64,000 nucleotides of DNA from Eledone cirrhosa (taxonomy: Eukaryota). The DNA is taken from assembly GCA_964016885.1 (NCBI GenBank), contig OZ024740.1:4216001-4280000 (forward strand), written 5' to 3'. A model generated the notes under the pieces. That model was not told the DNA's origin. It worked only from the letters and a program-made list of their open reading frames with translations, and did no database searches. The position numbers and the translations under genes are program-made. This document shows, piece after piece, positions 1-12,766 of this stretch (position 1 is the first letter of the stretch; each line of letters starts with the position of its first letter).

Positions 1-906
1 GGAGAGATGAGGTTGGAGAGATGAGGTTGGAGAGATGAGGTTGGAGAGATGAGTTTGGAGAGATGAGGTTGGAGAGATGAGGTTGGAGAGATGAGATTGG
101 AGAGATGAGGTTGGAGAGATGAGGTTGGAGAGATGAGGTTGGAGAGATGAGGTTGGAGAGATGAGGTTGGAGAGATGAGATTGGAGAGATGAGGTTGGAG
201 AGATGAGGTTGGAGAGATGAGGTTGGAGAGATGAGGTTGGAGAGATGAGGCTGGAGAGATGAGGTTGGAGAGATGAGGTTGGAGAGATGAGGTTGGAGAG
301 ATGAGGTTGGAGAGATGAGGCTGGAGAGATGAGGTTGGAGTGAGGAGGTTGGAGAGAGGAGGTTGGAGAGATGAGGTTGGAGAGATGAGGCTGGAGAGAG
401 GAGGTTTGAGAGATGAGATTGGAGAGATGAGGTTGGAGAGATGAGGTTGGAGAGATGAGGCTGGAGAGATGAGGTTGGAGAGAGGAGATTGGAGAGATGA
501 GGCTGGAGAGAGGAGGTTGGAGAGATGAGGTTGGAGAGATGAGATTGGAGAGATGAGGTTGGAGAGATGAGGTTGGAGAGATGAGGTTGGAGAGATGAGG
601 TTGGAGAGATGAGGTTGGAGAGATGAGGTTGGAGAGATGAGGTTGGAGAGATGAGATTGGAGAGATGAGGCTGGAGAGATGAGGTTGGAGAGATGAGGTT
701 GGAGAGATGAGGTTGGAGAGATGAGGTTGGAGAGATGAGGTTGGAGAGATGAGGTTGGAGAGAGGAGATTGGAGAGATGAGGTTGGAGAGATGAGGTTGG
801 AGAGATGAGGTTGGAGAGATGAGGTTGGAGAGATGAGGCTGGAGAGATGAGGTTGGAGAGATGAGGCTGGAGAGATGAGGTTGGAGAGATGAGGTTGGAG
901 AGATGA
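1..906. repeat. 14-bp tandem repeat (GGAGAGATGAGGTT)n, ~64 units, truncated by window start
   Basis: Directly visible period-14 repeat with sporadic variants (GAGATT, GAGGCT, GAGAGGA). Confidence 0.97.
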
Positions 907-1179
907 AAGATAGATGAGACAGGGAAGAGATACTTTGATGAAACTAATTAGTTAGCAATAACAATGTCTCGTATTAAGTGCTAATATATATCTCACCATC
1001 AATATATATTGATTTGAGTTATCAAGCCACTTATGATAACATTTGTTATTCTTCACACCTCCTCTTCCTGTCACAAATTTAGTGTCAAGGGTGATCAGTT
1101 TTCACCAACTCCTACTACACCTCACCACAACTTTTCTACCTATCATAATAATCTTCTTCCATTATTAAAACAACTGAAC

Positions 1180-1365
1180 GGTGGTGGATTGGTAGTATCG
1201 GTAGAGAGTCGGACACCATGTTTTGTAGCATAGAGTTACGGCCCTTTAACATCTGAGTTCAAATCCCACCGAGGTTAACTTTGCCTGTCATCCTTCCGGG
1301 GTTGATAAAATAAAGTACCAGTAATGTACTGGGATAATTGCTGGCCTTGTGCCAAAGGTAAAACA
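1180..1365 (+). mobile_element. Full-length tRNA-derived-like SINE with 19-bp TSD
   Basis: A-box-like start GGTGGTGGATTGG, B-box-like GAGTTCAAATCC, and a core AACTTTGCC-TCATCCTT-CGGGGT-GATAAAATAAAGTACCAGT shared with other copies in the window. Flanked by ATTATTAAAACAACTGAAC at 1161-1179 and 1366-1384. Confidence 0.88.
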
Positions 1366-1417
1366 ATTATTAAAACAACTGAACATTTCAGCACAGTCCC
1401 TCCTCCTCGTCATCATC

Positions 1418-1605
1418 ACTATTATTATTATTATTGTTTCTTCCTTCAGCTTCTAATGCGGGAGATATATTACAGTGTTACCTCACTACCAGTGAACTCA
1501 GGTAACACCCCTTATTTTTAGAGTCACCTCCACAGTTTTCTAGCTCTTCCAATGTTTTTTGTAAATGTTCCAACCGAATTGCAATCCCTATTTCTTTAAT
1601 GTACC
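1418..1605 (-). mobile_element. Possible decayed 3' end of a non-LTR retrotransposon (RLE-type C-terminus) with (AAT)n tail
   Basis: Minus strand reads YIKEIGIAIRLEHLQKT, similar from memory to the C-terminal 'LQK-ALLGTARIL' motif of R4/NeSL-like elements, followed by an AATAATAAT tail. Degenerate and not database-confirmed. Confidence 0.3.
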
Positions 1606-1621
1606 TATTATTATTATTATT

Positions 1622-1765
1622 TTCAAATCCTGCCAAGGTTAACTTTGCCTTTCATCCTTACGGGGTCGATAAAATAAAGTACCAGTAATGTACTGGGGTC
1701 AATTTAATCCCTTTCAACTTTCTCCCTCCCTTTGTGCCTAAAGTAGAAATTATTATTATTATTAT
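1622..1765 (+). mobile_element. 5'-truncated SINE, same family
   Basis: TTCAAATCC...AACTTTGCCTTTCATCCTTACGGGGTCGATAAAATAAAGTACCAGTAATGTACTGGG...GTGCCTAAAGTAGAA plus an (ATT)n tail. Confidence 0.8.
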
Positions 1766-1768
1766 ATA

Positions 1769-1968
1769 GGGTGCTGGATTGGCAGTATCGGTAGAGGGTT
1801 GGACGCCATGCTTTCTAGCAGAGTTGCGTCCCTTTACAGTCTGAGTTCAAATCCCGCCGAGGTTAACTTTGCCTTTCATCCTTACGGGGTCGGTAAAATA
1901 AAGTACCAGTAATGTACTGGGTATTTCCTGGCCTTGTGCCTAAAGTAAAAACAATTATTATTATTATT
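1769..1968 (+). mobile_element. Full-length SINE, same family
   Basis: Aligns by eye end-to-end with 1180-1365; ends in an (ATT)n tail. Confidence 0.85.
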
Positions 1969-1971
1969 GTT

Positions 1972-2195
1972 ATATCCATGTTTTTCGATGTTTGCATGGG
2001 TTGGATAGTTCTTCTCCACTCCAGTAATTTTACCACATGTTGCAATCCTTTGTCATCTCTTTTGTGAGGTTTGACTTTTTCAGATCTGCTGCTTCCACCA
2101 CTTCTTTCCCTGCCATCCTCTTTCCCAGCTACCTTCCACCTGGATCACTTCACCCTTCTTTAGCCACCCAGCATCCTTCCTGTCCATACCAGGGT
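1972..2195 (-). mobile_element. Decayed 3' end of an RTE-like LINE
   Basis: Minus strand, across frameshifts, gives WYG..., IQVEGSWERGWQGKKW and EVVEAADLKKSNLTKEMTKDCNMW. This resembles the RTE-clade C-terminus (W.GH...VEG.R.RGRP...W...V..DL...L...M..DR..W). It is followed by a CCAACCCATGC 3' tail. Confidence 0.45.
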
Positions 2196-2310
2196 GGGTT
2201 GTCACATGTAAACTACATCTCACCCCTCTTTAGCCACCCAACATCCCTCCAGCTCACTTTACATGTTTCAGTGTTTAGTTTTACCGAGGTCAACTATCTT
2301 TCATCTTTAT

Positions 2311-2636
2311 GTGATGATGACAATGGTGATGACGATGGTGATGACGATGGTGATGACGATGGTGATGACGATGGTGATGACGATGGTGATGGCAATGGTG
2401 ATGGCAATGGTGATAGCAATGGTGATGGCAATGGTGATGACGATGGTGATGACGATGGTGATGGCAATGGTGATGACGATGGTGATGACAATGGTGATGG
2501 CGATGATGATAGTGATGATAGTGATGATAGTGATGATAGTGATGGTGATAATGAAGTTGACAATGGTAATAATGATGACGATGATGACAAGATGTTGAAG
2601 ATGTTGAAGATGATGATAATGACAATGATGTGATGA
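2311..2636. repeat. GAT-based cryptic microsatellite with 12-bp GATGGTGATGAC units
   Basis: Directly visible; it produces the D/G-, H- and S-rich ORFs in several frames. Confidence 0.9.
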
Positions 2637-2782
2637 TTTAGGTAACAACTTGCAGCCTCTCTATCAACCCTTTGACAGGGTGACAACTGTGTCAGGTATT
2701 CCTCACTGAGGAGAGTCCAATAATTAAGGGGGCACACACTCAGTCTCTGTATATAAATTGAAGGACAATGCTTCAATCCCTA

Positions 2783-3237
2783 ACACACACACACCCACAC
2801 ACACACATATACTTTAAATTGATACACATACATATATCAACATACATGTTTATACACTGACAAATATATCTTTACATTCACATATATATACACACAGACA
2901 TATACTTACATACACACACACATTATGTATACTCATGCATTTATATAAATATGCATACACAGACACACACATGTATAATTACATATACACGTGTATAATT
3001 AGATACGTACACACTCACACAAACTTACAGGCACATACACCTACATACATACACACAAAAACCTACATATACACACAATCACCTATATACAATGACACAC
3101 CCAAATATATGTTTACATTCATCTATATACACCTACACAGAGCTAACACACATACTCCTATAGACACTAACATACACCCACACAAACCTTAATATGTTCA
3201 CATCCACCAATACACACACCAACACCTTAACACACAA
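2783..3237. repeat. Degenerate CA/TA-rich low-complexity tract
   Basis: Interrupted (CA)n/(TACA)n runs. Confidence 0.8.
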
Positions 3238-3974
3238 AATTCTCCACATTGGAAATATTCATAGCAGAGTTGAACACATGCCAACATTTCCAGGGAATAT
3301 ATTAGGGCAGTGATTCCTAGATTTCAGTATTACACATAACCACTTCTACTAATCTTCAACTACCAAGCACCAATTCACCGACCAAAAACAGAAATTTCAT
3401 GTTGCTAATATATCGGTGACCTTTATATGCCAAAACAAAATGTAGGTCAAAAATGGGCCAATTATAGAGAAAGTTAACTTCCTATTCTTCAGAATACAAG
3501 CAGTGCCAGTTTTATGTCCCCCATTCATCCCCCACCCTAGACTGAACCCCCTTTCCCACAATGTTGCACCACTACCACCACATACCACCCCATCATTTGT
3601 TTCCTGACAACGAATCAGAATTTCAAATGTGAATTAACTAGAAACATGGTTTCCATACAAATTATCAATGACCCCCAACACAGTATGAATGGGTGAGCCG
3701 CTACATGGTTACTTGAACTGCTATAAATGGCAGCTCAATCTTCCTCATATTCTGAGGTTCAGCTGAAATGTTCATAAGCTGACCAAGATACTCTCATGGA
3801 ATGAACAAATGAGGTTTATTTTTCAACATAGTCCCTGGACAGAAACGATGCAGTTATTAATAAGAGGAGTTGAATTTAATGCATGCAAGATTTCACAGCT
3901 CTAACATCACTCTTGCATAGTTAGCCTACCTAATGTTATTCCCTATGTCTTACAGTAATAGTTGAGTAATGGGT

Positions 3975-4080
3975 AAAATTATTAGAGTCAGATAAAATGT
4001 TTCAACTCTCAACATTCTGAGTTCAAATCTCACTGAAGCCAACTTTACACTTCATCTTTTTAGGGTCAATAAACATAAGT
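3975..4080 (+). mobile_element. Old degenerate SINE of the same superfamily
   Basis: CTGAGTTCAAATCTCACTGAAGCCAACTTTACACTTCATCTTTTTAGGGTCAATAAA resembles the SINE core. Confidence 0.55.
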
Positions 4081-4194
4081 AGTGGATTGAGAGTATAGAA
4101 AATAGGGGGGTTAAGTAAATAGCTTGGAATTTGCTCTGACTCTTTACATTTTAAATTTAACTCTTAATGTCCCGTGACCACATCAAATTGCTTT

Positions 4195-4907
4195 AGTACT
4201 ATGATGTATCACATCAGCACTATGATGTATCACATCAGCACTATGATGTATCACATCAGTACTATGATGTATCACATCAGCACTATGATGTATCACATCA
4301 GCACTATGATGTATCACATCAGCACTATGATGTATCACATCAGCACTATGATGTATCACATCAGTACTATGATGTATCACATCAGTACTATGATGTATCA
4401 CATCAGCACTATGATGTATCACATCAGCACTATGATGTATCACATCAGCACTATGATGTATCACATCAGCACTATGATGTATCACATCAGCACTATGATG
4501 TATCACATCAGCACTATGATGTATCACATCAGTACTATGATGTATCACATCAGCACTATGATGTATCACATCAGTACTATGATGTATCACATCAGCACTA
4601 TGATGTATCACATCAGCACTATGATGTATCACATCAGCACTATGATGTATCACATCAGCACTATGATGTATCACATCAGCACTATGATGTATCACATCAG
4701 CACTATGATGTATCACATCAGCACTATGATGTATCACATCAGCACTATGATGTATCACATCAGCACTATGATGTATCACATCAGCACTATGATGTATCAC
4801 ATCAGCACTATGATGTATCACATCAACACTATGATGTATCACATCAGCACTATGATGTATCACATCAGTACTATGATGTATCACATCAGCACTATGATGT
4901 ATCACAT
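4195..4907. repeat. 21-bp minisatellite (AGYACTATGATGTATCACATC)n, ~34 units
   Basis: Near-perfect period 21 with essentially one C/T polymorphic site; internal inverted repeat TGATGT-ATC-ACATCA. Confidence 0.97.
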
Positions 4908-5046
4908 TAACAATTCAAGTTTTTAGTTTAGTCTAAAGTTGCAAGTCTTCACAGTAATAAACATACTGTAAACATTTGAATTAAGAAACAGGATTTTAGA
5001 TATTTTCTTCTAAATCATTAGAGAATGTGAAGAGTTAAGCCTTTAG

Positions 5047-7355
5047 TATTTACCTTACTCTATATATACTATTGTATTTTCACGGTAAAGGCTTTACCTC
5101 ACATAATATCTCACATAACATTTATATTACTCTATATATACTATTGTATTGTCACAGTAAAGGCTTTACCTCACATAATACCTCACATAACATTTACATT
5201 ACTCTATATATACTATTGTATTTTCACAGTAAATGCTTTACCTCACATAATACCTCACATAACATTTACATTACTCTATATATACTATTGTATTTTCACA
5301 GTAAAGGCTTTACCTCACATAATATCTCACATAACATTTACCTTACTCTATATATACTATTGTATTGTCACAGTAAAGGCTTTACCTCACATAATATCTC
5401 ACATAACATTTACATTACTCTATATATACTATTGTATTGTCACAGTAAAGGCTTTACCTCACATAAAACCTCACATAACATTTACATTACTCTATATATA
5501 CAATTGTATTTTCACAGTAAAGGCTTTACCTCACATAATACCTCACATAACATTTACATTACTCTATATATACTATTGTATTTTCACAGTAAAGGCTTTA
5601 CCTCACATAATATCTCACATAACTTTTACCTTACTCTAGATATACTATTGTATTGTCACAGTAAAGGCTTTACCTCACATAATATCTCACATAACATTTA
5701 CATTACTCTATATATACTATTGTATTGTCACAGTAAAGGCTTTACCTCACATAATATCTCACATAACATTTACATTACTCCATATATACTATTGTATTGT
5801 CACAGTAAAGGCTTTACCTCACATAATATCTCACATAACATTTACATTACTCTATATATACTATTGTATTGTCACAGTAAAGGCTTTACCTCACATAATA
5901 TCTCACATAACATCTACATTACTCTATATATACTATTGTATTTTCACAGTAAAGGCTTTATCTCACATAATACCTCACATAACATCTACATTACTCTATA
6001 TATACTATTGTATTTTCACAGTAAAGGCTTTACCTCACATAATACCTCACATAACATTTACATTACTCCATATATACTATTGTATTTTCACAGTAAAGGC
6101 TTTACCTCACATAATATCTCACATAACATCTACATTACTCTATATATACTATTGTATTGTCACAGTAAAGGCTTTACCTCACATAATACCTCACATAACA
6201 TTAACATTACTCTATATATACTATTGTATTTTCACAGTAAAGGCTTTACCTCACATAATATCTCACATAACATTTACATTACTCTATATATACGATTGTA
6301 TTTTCACAGTAAAGGCTTTACCTCACATAATATCTCACATAACATTTACATTACTCTATATATACTATTGTATTGTCACAGTAAAGGCTTTACCTCACAT
6401 AATATCTCACATAACATTTACATTATTCTATATATACTATTGTATTGTCACAGTAAAGGCTTTACCTCACATAATACCTCACATAACATTTACATTATTC
6501 TATATATACGATTGTATTTTCACAGTAAAGGCTTTACCTCACATAATATCTCACATAATATTTACATTATTCTATATATACGATTGTATTTTCACAGTAA
6601 GGGCTTTACCTCACATAATATCTCACATAACATTTACATTACTCTATATATACTATTGTATTTTCACAGTAAAGGCTTTACCTCACATAATACCTCACAT
6701 AACATCTACATTACTCTATATATACTATTGTATTGTCACAGTAAAGGCTTTACCTCACATAATACCTCACATAACATTTACATTATTCTATATATACGAT
6801 TGTATTTTCACAGTAAAGGCTTTACCTCACATAATATCTCACATAACATTTACATTATTCTATATATACGATTGTATTTTCACAGTAAAGGCTTTACCTC
6901 ACATAATACCTCACATAACATTTACATTACTCTATATATACTATTGTATTTTCACAGTAAAGGCTTTACCTCACATAATATCTCACATAACTTTTACCTT
7001 ACTCTAGATATACTATTGTATTGTCACAGTAAAGGCTTTACCTCACATAATATCTCACATAACATTTACATTACTCTATATATACTATTGTATTGTCACA
7101 GTAAAGGCTTTACCTCACATAATATCTCACATAACATTTACATTACTCCATATATACTATTGTATTGTCACAGTAAAGGCTTTACCTCACATAATATCTC
7201 ACATAACATTTACATTACTCTATATATACTATTGTATTGTCACAGTAAAGGCTTTACCTCACATAATATCTCACATAACATCTACATTACTCTATATATA
7301 CTATTGTATTTTCACAGTAAAGGCTTTACCTCACATAATATCTCACATAACATCT
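5047..7355. repeat. 72-bp satellite, left array (~32 units)
   Basis: Unit ACTCTATATATACTATTGTATTKTCACAGTAAAGGCTTTACCTCACATAATAYCTCACATAACATYTACATT. Confidence 0.97.
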
Positions 7356-7564
7356 CGTATACGAGAGACGTGTGTTGACGTGTGTGAACAAGCTCGGCTA
7401 CCGAGTCGGATTTACTTACTCAAAAAGTGAGTTTTGATTAATTTTTTTATACTGTAATATACGTTAACCCCTTGCCTTGGTCGTCAAACTTTGAGTTTAT
7501 TTATTTTCGCCCCTTTTTGGGGCGAATTTTCCAGTTAAAAATTTATTACGGCAAACTAATAGAA

Positions 7565-9308
7565 ATGGACGGAATTTTCACATCTCATCCTAACGTGAAA
7601 GCCACGCCCCCTAAGAAAGGTGATACAGAGAAGCTAGAAGCACAAGGCTCTAAGTCTTCCCTCCTCACTTCTGCAAAAGAAACATGGAACACGGAATTAA
7701 AAGAAAAATTTGTAGAAATGGGTGAAAACCCAGAAAGTCACATAAACGCAGACAAAAACATCAACGACAATAACAGCAATAGTCACAACACCAACCAAGG
7801 AAAAAATAACGATAACACCAAACAAAGTGAACCCACTACTGGTACCTCCTTTGCACAGGCGGTCCGGAAAACACAAACCTGCAAGCAACTGGACATTACA
7901 ACTCTGAGAGAAAAGATGAAGGAAGCGAAACAGTATGTAACTTTCAAAGAAGGAGGAGACTTCACAATCACCTCCCCACAAGAAATCAAAAGAGACACGA
8001 CGCTAAGAACGATATCTTTCAGAACAATTTCCAACATAACAAGGAAACCAACTCAATTATCCCAAAAAGAGATTGAGCTGGTCCTAAAAAATGTGTGGAG
8101 TGATATATCGTTCATACAAAAAGGGCCACTCTATGGGAATATAACGGTCCTAATGAAGGATCAATTGACGGCCAGGAAATACTCTGTGGCACCAATTGTT
8201 TCCAAGATATATACATTTTTCCCCACATATTTAGGGAAAAGAACGCAGAAGATAAGGGTCTCCGGAATCCGGCCAAATGCATGCATTTCCTGGGTACTAA
8301 CAGGATTTTTAGAAGACGAGGACGGAATCCTCTCAGTAGGAGAAGTCACCACAGACGTTTTCGGCGGTTTGAGCGTGGAGGTTCTGGTCCAAATGAGACC
8401 AGAACGAATCGCTAGAATACCACAGAGGGTGTCCCTCGATGGAGAAACATTTATATATATTTCAGCCGAGGGTAGGAGGCCCATATGTTACTACTGTTCA
8501 AGCAGGGGTCATCTAAGGGCTGCTTGTCCTCAATTGACAAAAAAAAAAGGCTCTTTTGCCTACACCCCACACACCACCACCGCCACCACCACCACCACCA
8601 CCACCTCCACCACCACCACAACAACAACAACAAAAACAACAGGGAAAAATAACACAAGACACGGCCCCACCCAAAACAACTCCCAAAACACACACAAATA
8701 CAACAAAACCCCAAAATACACCACTACCCGACAGCACGGACGAGGACCCAGCGGAAACGGCACCTAGTGACGAAGAGGGGGAACCCTTCCAACCTGTAAA
8801 AAGGAAAAAAAGAAAGCACCACTCGAACATAAACGAAACAAACACACAACCACCAACAAAAACAAAACAAACAGAACAAACAAAATCCGCCCCACCCCAA
8901 AACATAACACATACAACAAAACGTAAGCACACACAAGAACAACAAACAAACACAACACAAATAAAACAGTATACATACATTAACACAAATAACAAAGAAC
9001 TAGTAAAAACAATACACAAAGACCCTTTGGTGGAAACTGAAGGGCAATTCTTTGCAAGCGCGGCCAACAAACCGCATTTAAAAATGATAAGACTCCCAAT
9101 GGACACCTATGCAAAACTAAGAGAGAACTTTCCTGAGGACGTGGGGAAAACATGTACTCGACCCTATAACCGCGTCCTCTTGAAACGTTTCCCCACCCAC
9201 ACCTCACCAAACACCCCCACTCCACCACAGAACAACACCCCACCAAACAACCCCTCCAATACGCCCATGGATATTGTGCAACCTGCTCCTCAGGAGCCGA
9301 ACAGGTAG
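7565..9308 (+). pseudogene. ORF1 copy 1 (gag-like, CCHC knuckle), +1 frameshift at A10 run 8539-8548
   Basis: CYYCSSRGHLRAAC knuckle. The run is A10GG versus A9GG in in-frame copies, so this could be a homopolymer sequencing error. Confidence 0.8.
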
Positions 9309-9329
9309 GTCCTTCCTCTTTTAACCAAC

Positions 9330-12300
9330 ATGGCTGATATAAGAGTTGGGTTTCTGAATGTACGTGGCCTGGGACTGTCTTGGAAACAAGGCAAACTTTT
9401 AAACGATCTCAGGTCACATAGAATGGATGTAATGGCTATTTGCGAGTCCAGGATCAGCAGCGAGCACCAACTGGCGCCCCTCTTCGACGACTTTGAGATC
9501 TTCGCATCTCTCTGTCAACCGGGGGGTGGGGGTGGAGTTGTCGTTCTGCTGCGAAAACACCTGGGCCTCGCCATACAGAAGGTGCACCTGGACCCGGAGG
9601 GTCGACTGGTGGTTTTAGACGTCGGCAGTAGTGAAAGTGGAGCCCTTAGACTAATAGCTGTGTACGCCCCTTTTTGGGCAGCGCGGCCGGAATACTTCCA
9701 ACGTCTGGAAACTTTTCTGGGAACGTCCCGCTCCTTGCTTTTAGTGGGGGACTGGAATGGTATCCTGGATGCACGTTGGGACTATGTAGGGGCATGTGCC
9801 AATAGAGGGGGGTGTAAAAGCCTCAAAAGGTTAATCGGCCGATTTGACCTGGCCGATAGATATCGACTAGATTTTCCGACTGTACCACTATGGACGTGGA
9901 CCAATCGCAGTGGAACATCTAGGTCGTACCTAGATAGGGTCCTAGTTAGAGAGAACGATAGGGACACATTTAGCTGTCCAAAAATGTTCATGGTTGACTA
10001 TTCGGATCACAAGTTAGTGACCTGCATAGCCAACCTTGATAGAACCCATAGACAGGGACCCGGTTACTGGAAGCTGAACTTGTCCTTACCGAGAAGCAAA
10101 GCTTACAGTAAACGGATTAGCACGTTAGTTAAGCAGAATTTGACAGGGGCAATTGTCAACAACAGGTGGTGGAGCTCTCTTAAGAGAGCAATTAGAATAG
10201 AATCGATAGGTTTTAGTCAGGAATTAGCAAGGGATAGGAACAAGACGGAAAGGGAATTAGTAGATAGAGTAGAAGAGGCGATTAGGAGTGGCAATGTAGC
10301 CGGCGTGCTGGCATCAAGAATGGCCTTAGACCAGTTCTTTGAGGTGAAGCATGAAGGCTGCGTTGTCAGGAGTAAAATACGTGCTCTGGGTAATGAGGGA
10401 GCCAAAGCTGTAAGCTGGGCCCGAGTGACAGAGGCAAAAAGTGGGAACAAGTCCACGATTCGGTCTTTGAAGGACCAGGATGGGCGTGTGATCCTTGAAC
10501 CTGGGCAGATGTGTGCGGCCTTTCAGCGGCACTTTGCACGACTGTTCGAGAGGGGCGGCGCGCCGGGTGAGACTATGGATTTCAATCCATACCTCGACGG
10601 TCTGCCGCGCCTCTCGGACGCGGAGGCGAAGTCCTGCGAAAGGACGATTTCAGCTGCTGAGATAGGGGCGGCGCTGAGCCAATGCGGCAAACGCAAATCC
10701 CCGGGTCTCGATGGTCTACCATACGAGCTATATGTAGCGATGCCGGACTTGTTCTCCGATATCCTCGAAGCGGTCTACTGCAACTGGCAGCAGAACGGGA
10801 GAATTCCCAGTTCTGTGACCAAGGGCGTAGTTACGCTGGTGAGGAAGGATGAGAACAAGGGGGATGACATAAGTAACTTCAGGCCCATAACTCTGCTAAA
10901 TACAGAGTTAAAGATTTTGGCCAAGGTGTTAGCGAAGAGGTTGGCGCTTGTCGTTGGAAACCTGGTGGGAGAAGCGCAGACATGCGCAATCCCGTCCAGG
11001 TCCATTCACGACAATCTCCACCTTATGCGATACATCATAGAGAGGGTAGGGAATGAACCCGGCTTTGGTGGGGCCCTGATCAACTTGGATCAATCTAAAG
11101 CTTTCGATAGGGTTGACCATCGTTACCTGGATGCGGTGCTCGCGGCGGCAGGCTTCGGACCCGTTTTCAGGGGTTGGATTGCTGCGATGCACAGCAGCAA
11201 CGTCTGCTCAAGGGTCAAGGTGAACGGCCACCTCTCGGAGCCGTTCCAAATCATGCGATCCATCCGACAGGGATGCCCTCTCTCCTCCCTACTGTATGTG
11301 CTGGCTCTTGAGCCACTACTGCGGAAGTTGGAGCGGTTGCAGGGCATCCCTTTGGAACCGGGATTGCAGAAAGCGGCGTCGGCCTACGCCGATGACGTGA
11401 CAGTAATGGTGTCGAAAACCTCGCAAATCGGTGAGATCGGCACCTTACTGGAGGAATATGAAAGGTTTACAGGAGCCAAGCTGAACCGGGACAAGTCCGT
11501 CGGTTTGCAACTCGGAACATGGAGAGGCAAACCGATGCCCTCCAACGACGTCGTCGGACGCTGGACGGAGGGCCCGGTGAAGCTGCTTGGGGTCTGGTTC
11601 GGACCAGACCTCCAGGTGGAGAAAAACTGGAACGAGGTAACGGCCAGGGTGTTTGCACTCACCCAGAAGTGGGCCCAGTGCAAACTATCCCTGAAAGGTC
11701 GAGCGGAGGTGGCGAATACTTATATAGCATCCGTCATCTACTACCGCTTGACCGTCGTGCCTTGCCCAGTGAAAAGACTCGCCAAAATGGAGTGCGCGCT
11801 GTTCCAATTTCTTTGGAACAAGCGGACCCCTTTGGTGAGGAGATCCATCTGCTGTCAACACCCTTCGAAAGGAGGGCTGGGGATGCCGTGGCTACAGATG
11901 CGTAAACACGCATTAAGGCTACGGCACCTCCAGGTATTCCTCACCGGTCAACCGGTGTGGGCCCCGTTTGTGAGGCGAGCCTTTCCCAGACTCGTCTCGC
12001 TCACCGAGCTGCAATCCTGGGTCAAGCAAAGACCGAGAAAAGTGGGCGACTGGCACATTGAATGTGCCCAGGCGCTCACGGCCCTCTGGAAAGCGGACCC
12101 GGCAATCAGTGGAGACTCCACCTCGACATTCTATAGAGGGTTGGTACGCAGCAGGTGCGACGATGCTCTCGGAGAAGCTCTAGGCATGGAGGAAGATGAA
12201 CTGGCCAGTCTGTTCGGTAGGACGTTTGGCCCTGGACCGATGGACAACTTCCAAAAGTCCCTGGCTTGGCAGTGCTACCGAGGGGCTCTACCCGTTCGAG

Positions 12301-12766
12301 ACAAGCTCCACAGGCATGGGAGCCTGGGTAGAGATCCTTTGAATAAGATCTGTCCGAGATGCGTGCATGATGACGAAACCGTTGCGCACGCATTCGTACA
12401 CTGCCCAGGCATTGCTGACCTGTGGGGCTATGTGGAACGACTACTGTCGAGGGTGGACCAATCCGGTTGACCACCGAGTCCATTGTCACGATCAAACCGC
12501 CTCCCCCTTTCAAAAACGAAGGAGAGGCGGTTTTTCTCTGTGTGGTAGCCATGGCTAAAGAAGTTGTATGGTGGACGAGGCTGAAAGGGCTGAGGTCAGA
12601 CACCTTTCTCTCCGGCCAACAACTGGTCCCCTTTTTCAAATACCATTTTAAAAGAAGGATCAGAATGGAGAGAGAGGTGCTCTACCCCAGCAAGTTTTAT
12701 GAAAGGTGGGTGAAAGTAGGGAGAATGGCCAGAGTGAATGGGTCTTCTCTCTATATCAGCCTGTAG
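9330..12766 (+). pseudogene. ORF2 copy 1 (APE endonuclease + RT + C-terminal zinc finger), -1 frameshift near 12455
   Basis: All catalytic motifs are present; GGGTGGACC here versus GGGTGGGACC in the other copies truncates the last ~100 aa. Confidence 0.85.

Noticed and set aside
2037-2776. Asp/Gly-, His- and Ser/Pro-rich ORFs
   Set aside because: Trinucleotide-based low-complexity tract open in several frames; the upstream part is a decayed LINE fragment.
3754-3835. Possible Tc1/mariner terminal remnant (GAGGTTCAGCTGAAATGTTCATAAGCTGACC)
   Set aside because: Resemblance from memory only; no partner TIR or TA TSD identified in the window.
4174-4926. ORFs of repeated STMMYHI / SADVIHH
   Set aside because: By-product of the 21-bp tandem repeat being open on both strands.
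4195-7355. CRISPR-like appearance of regular, partly palindromic repeats
   Set aside because: No unique spacers, no cas genes and a eukaryotic context.
5072-7378. 768-aa (and 491-, 107-, 337-aa) ORFs running through the 72-bp satellite
   Set aside because: The unit is 24 codons and happens to lack a stop in one frame. Starts are TTG/GTG and most variants are nonsynonymous (F/C, I/T, L/P, L/R), so there is no sign of coding constraint.
7697-12639. Antisense and overlapping short ORFs inside each element
   Set aside because: No recognisable domains; they recur only because the copies are near-identical.
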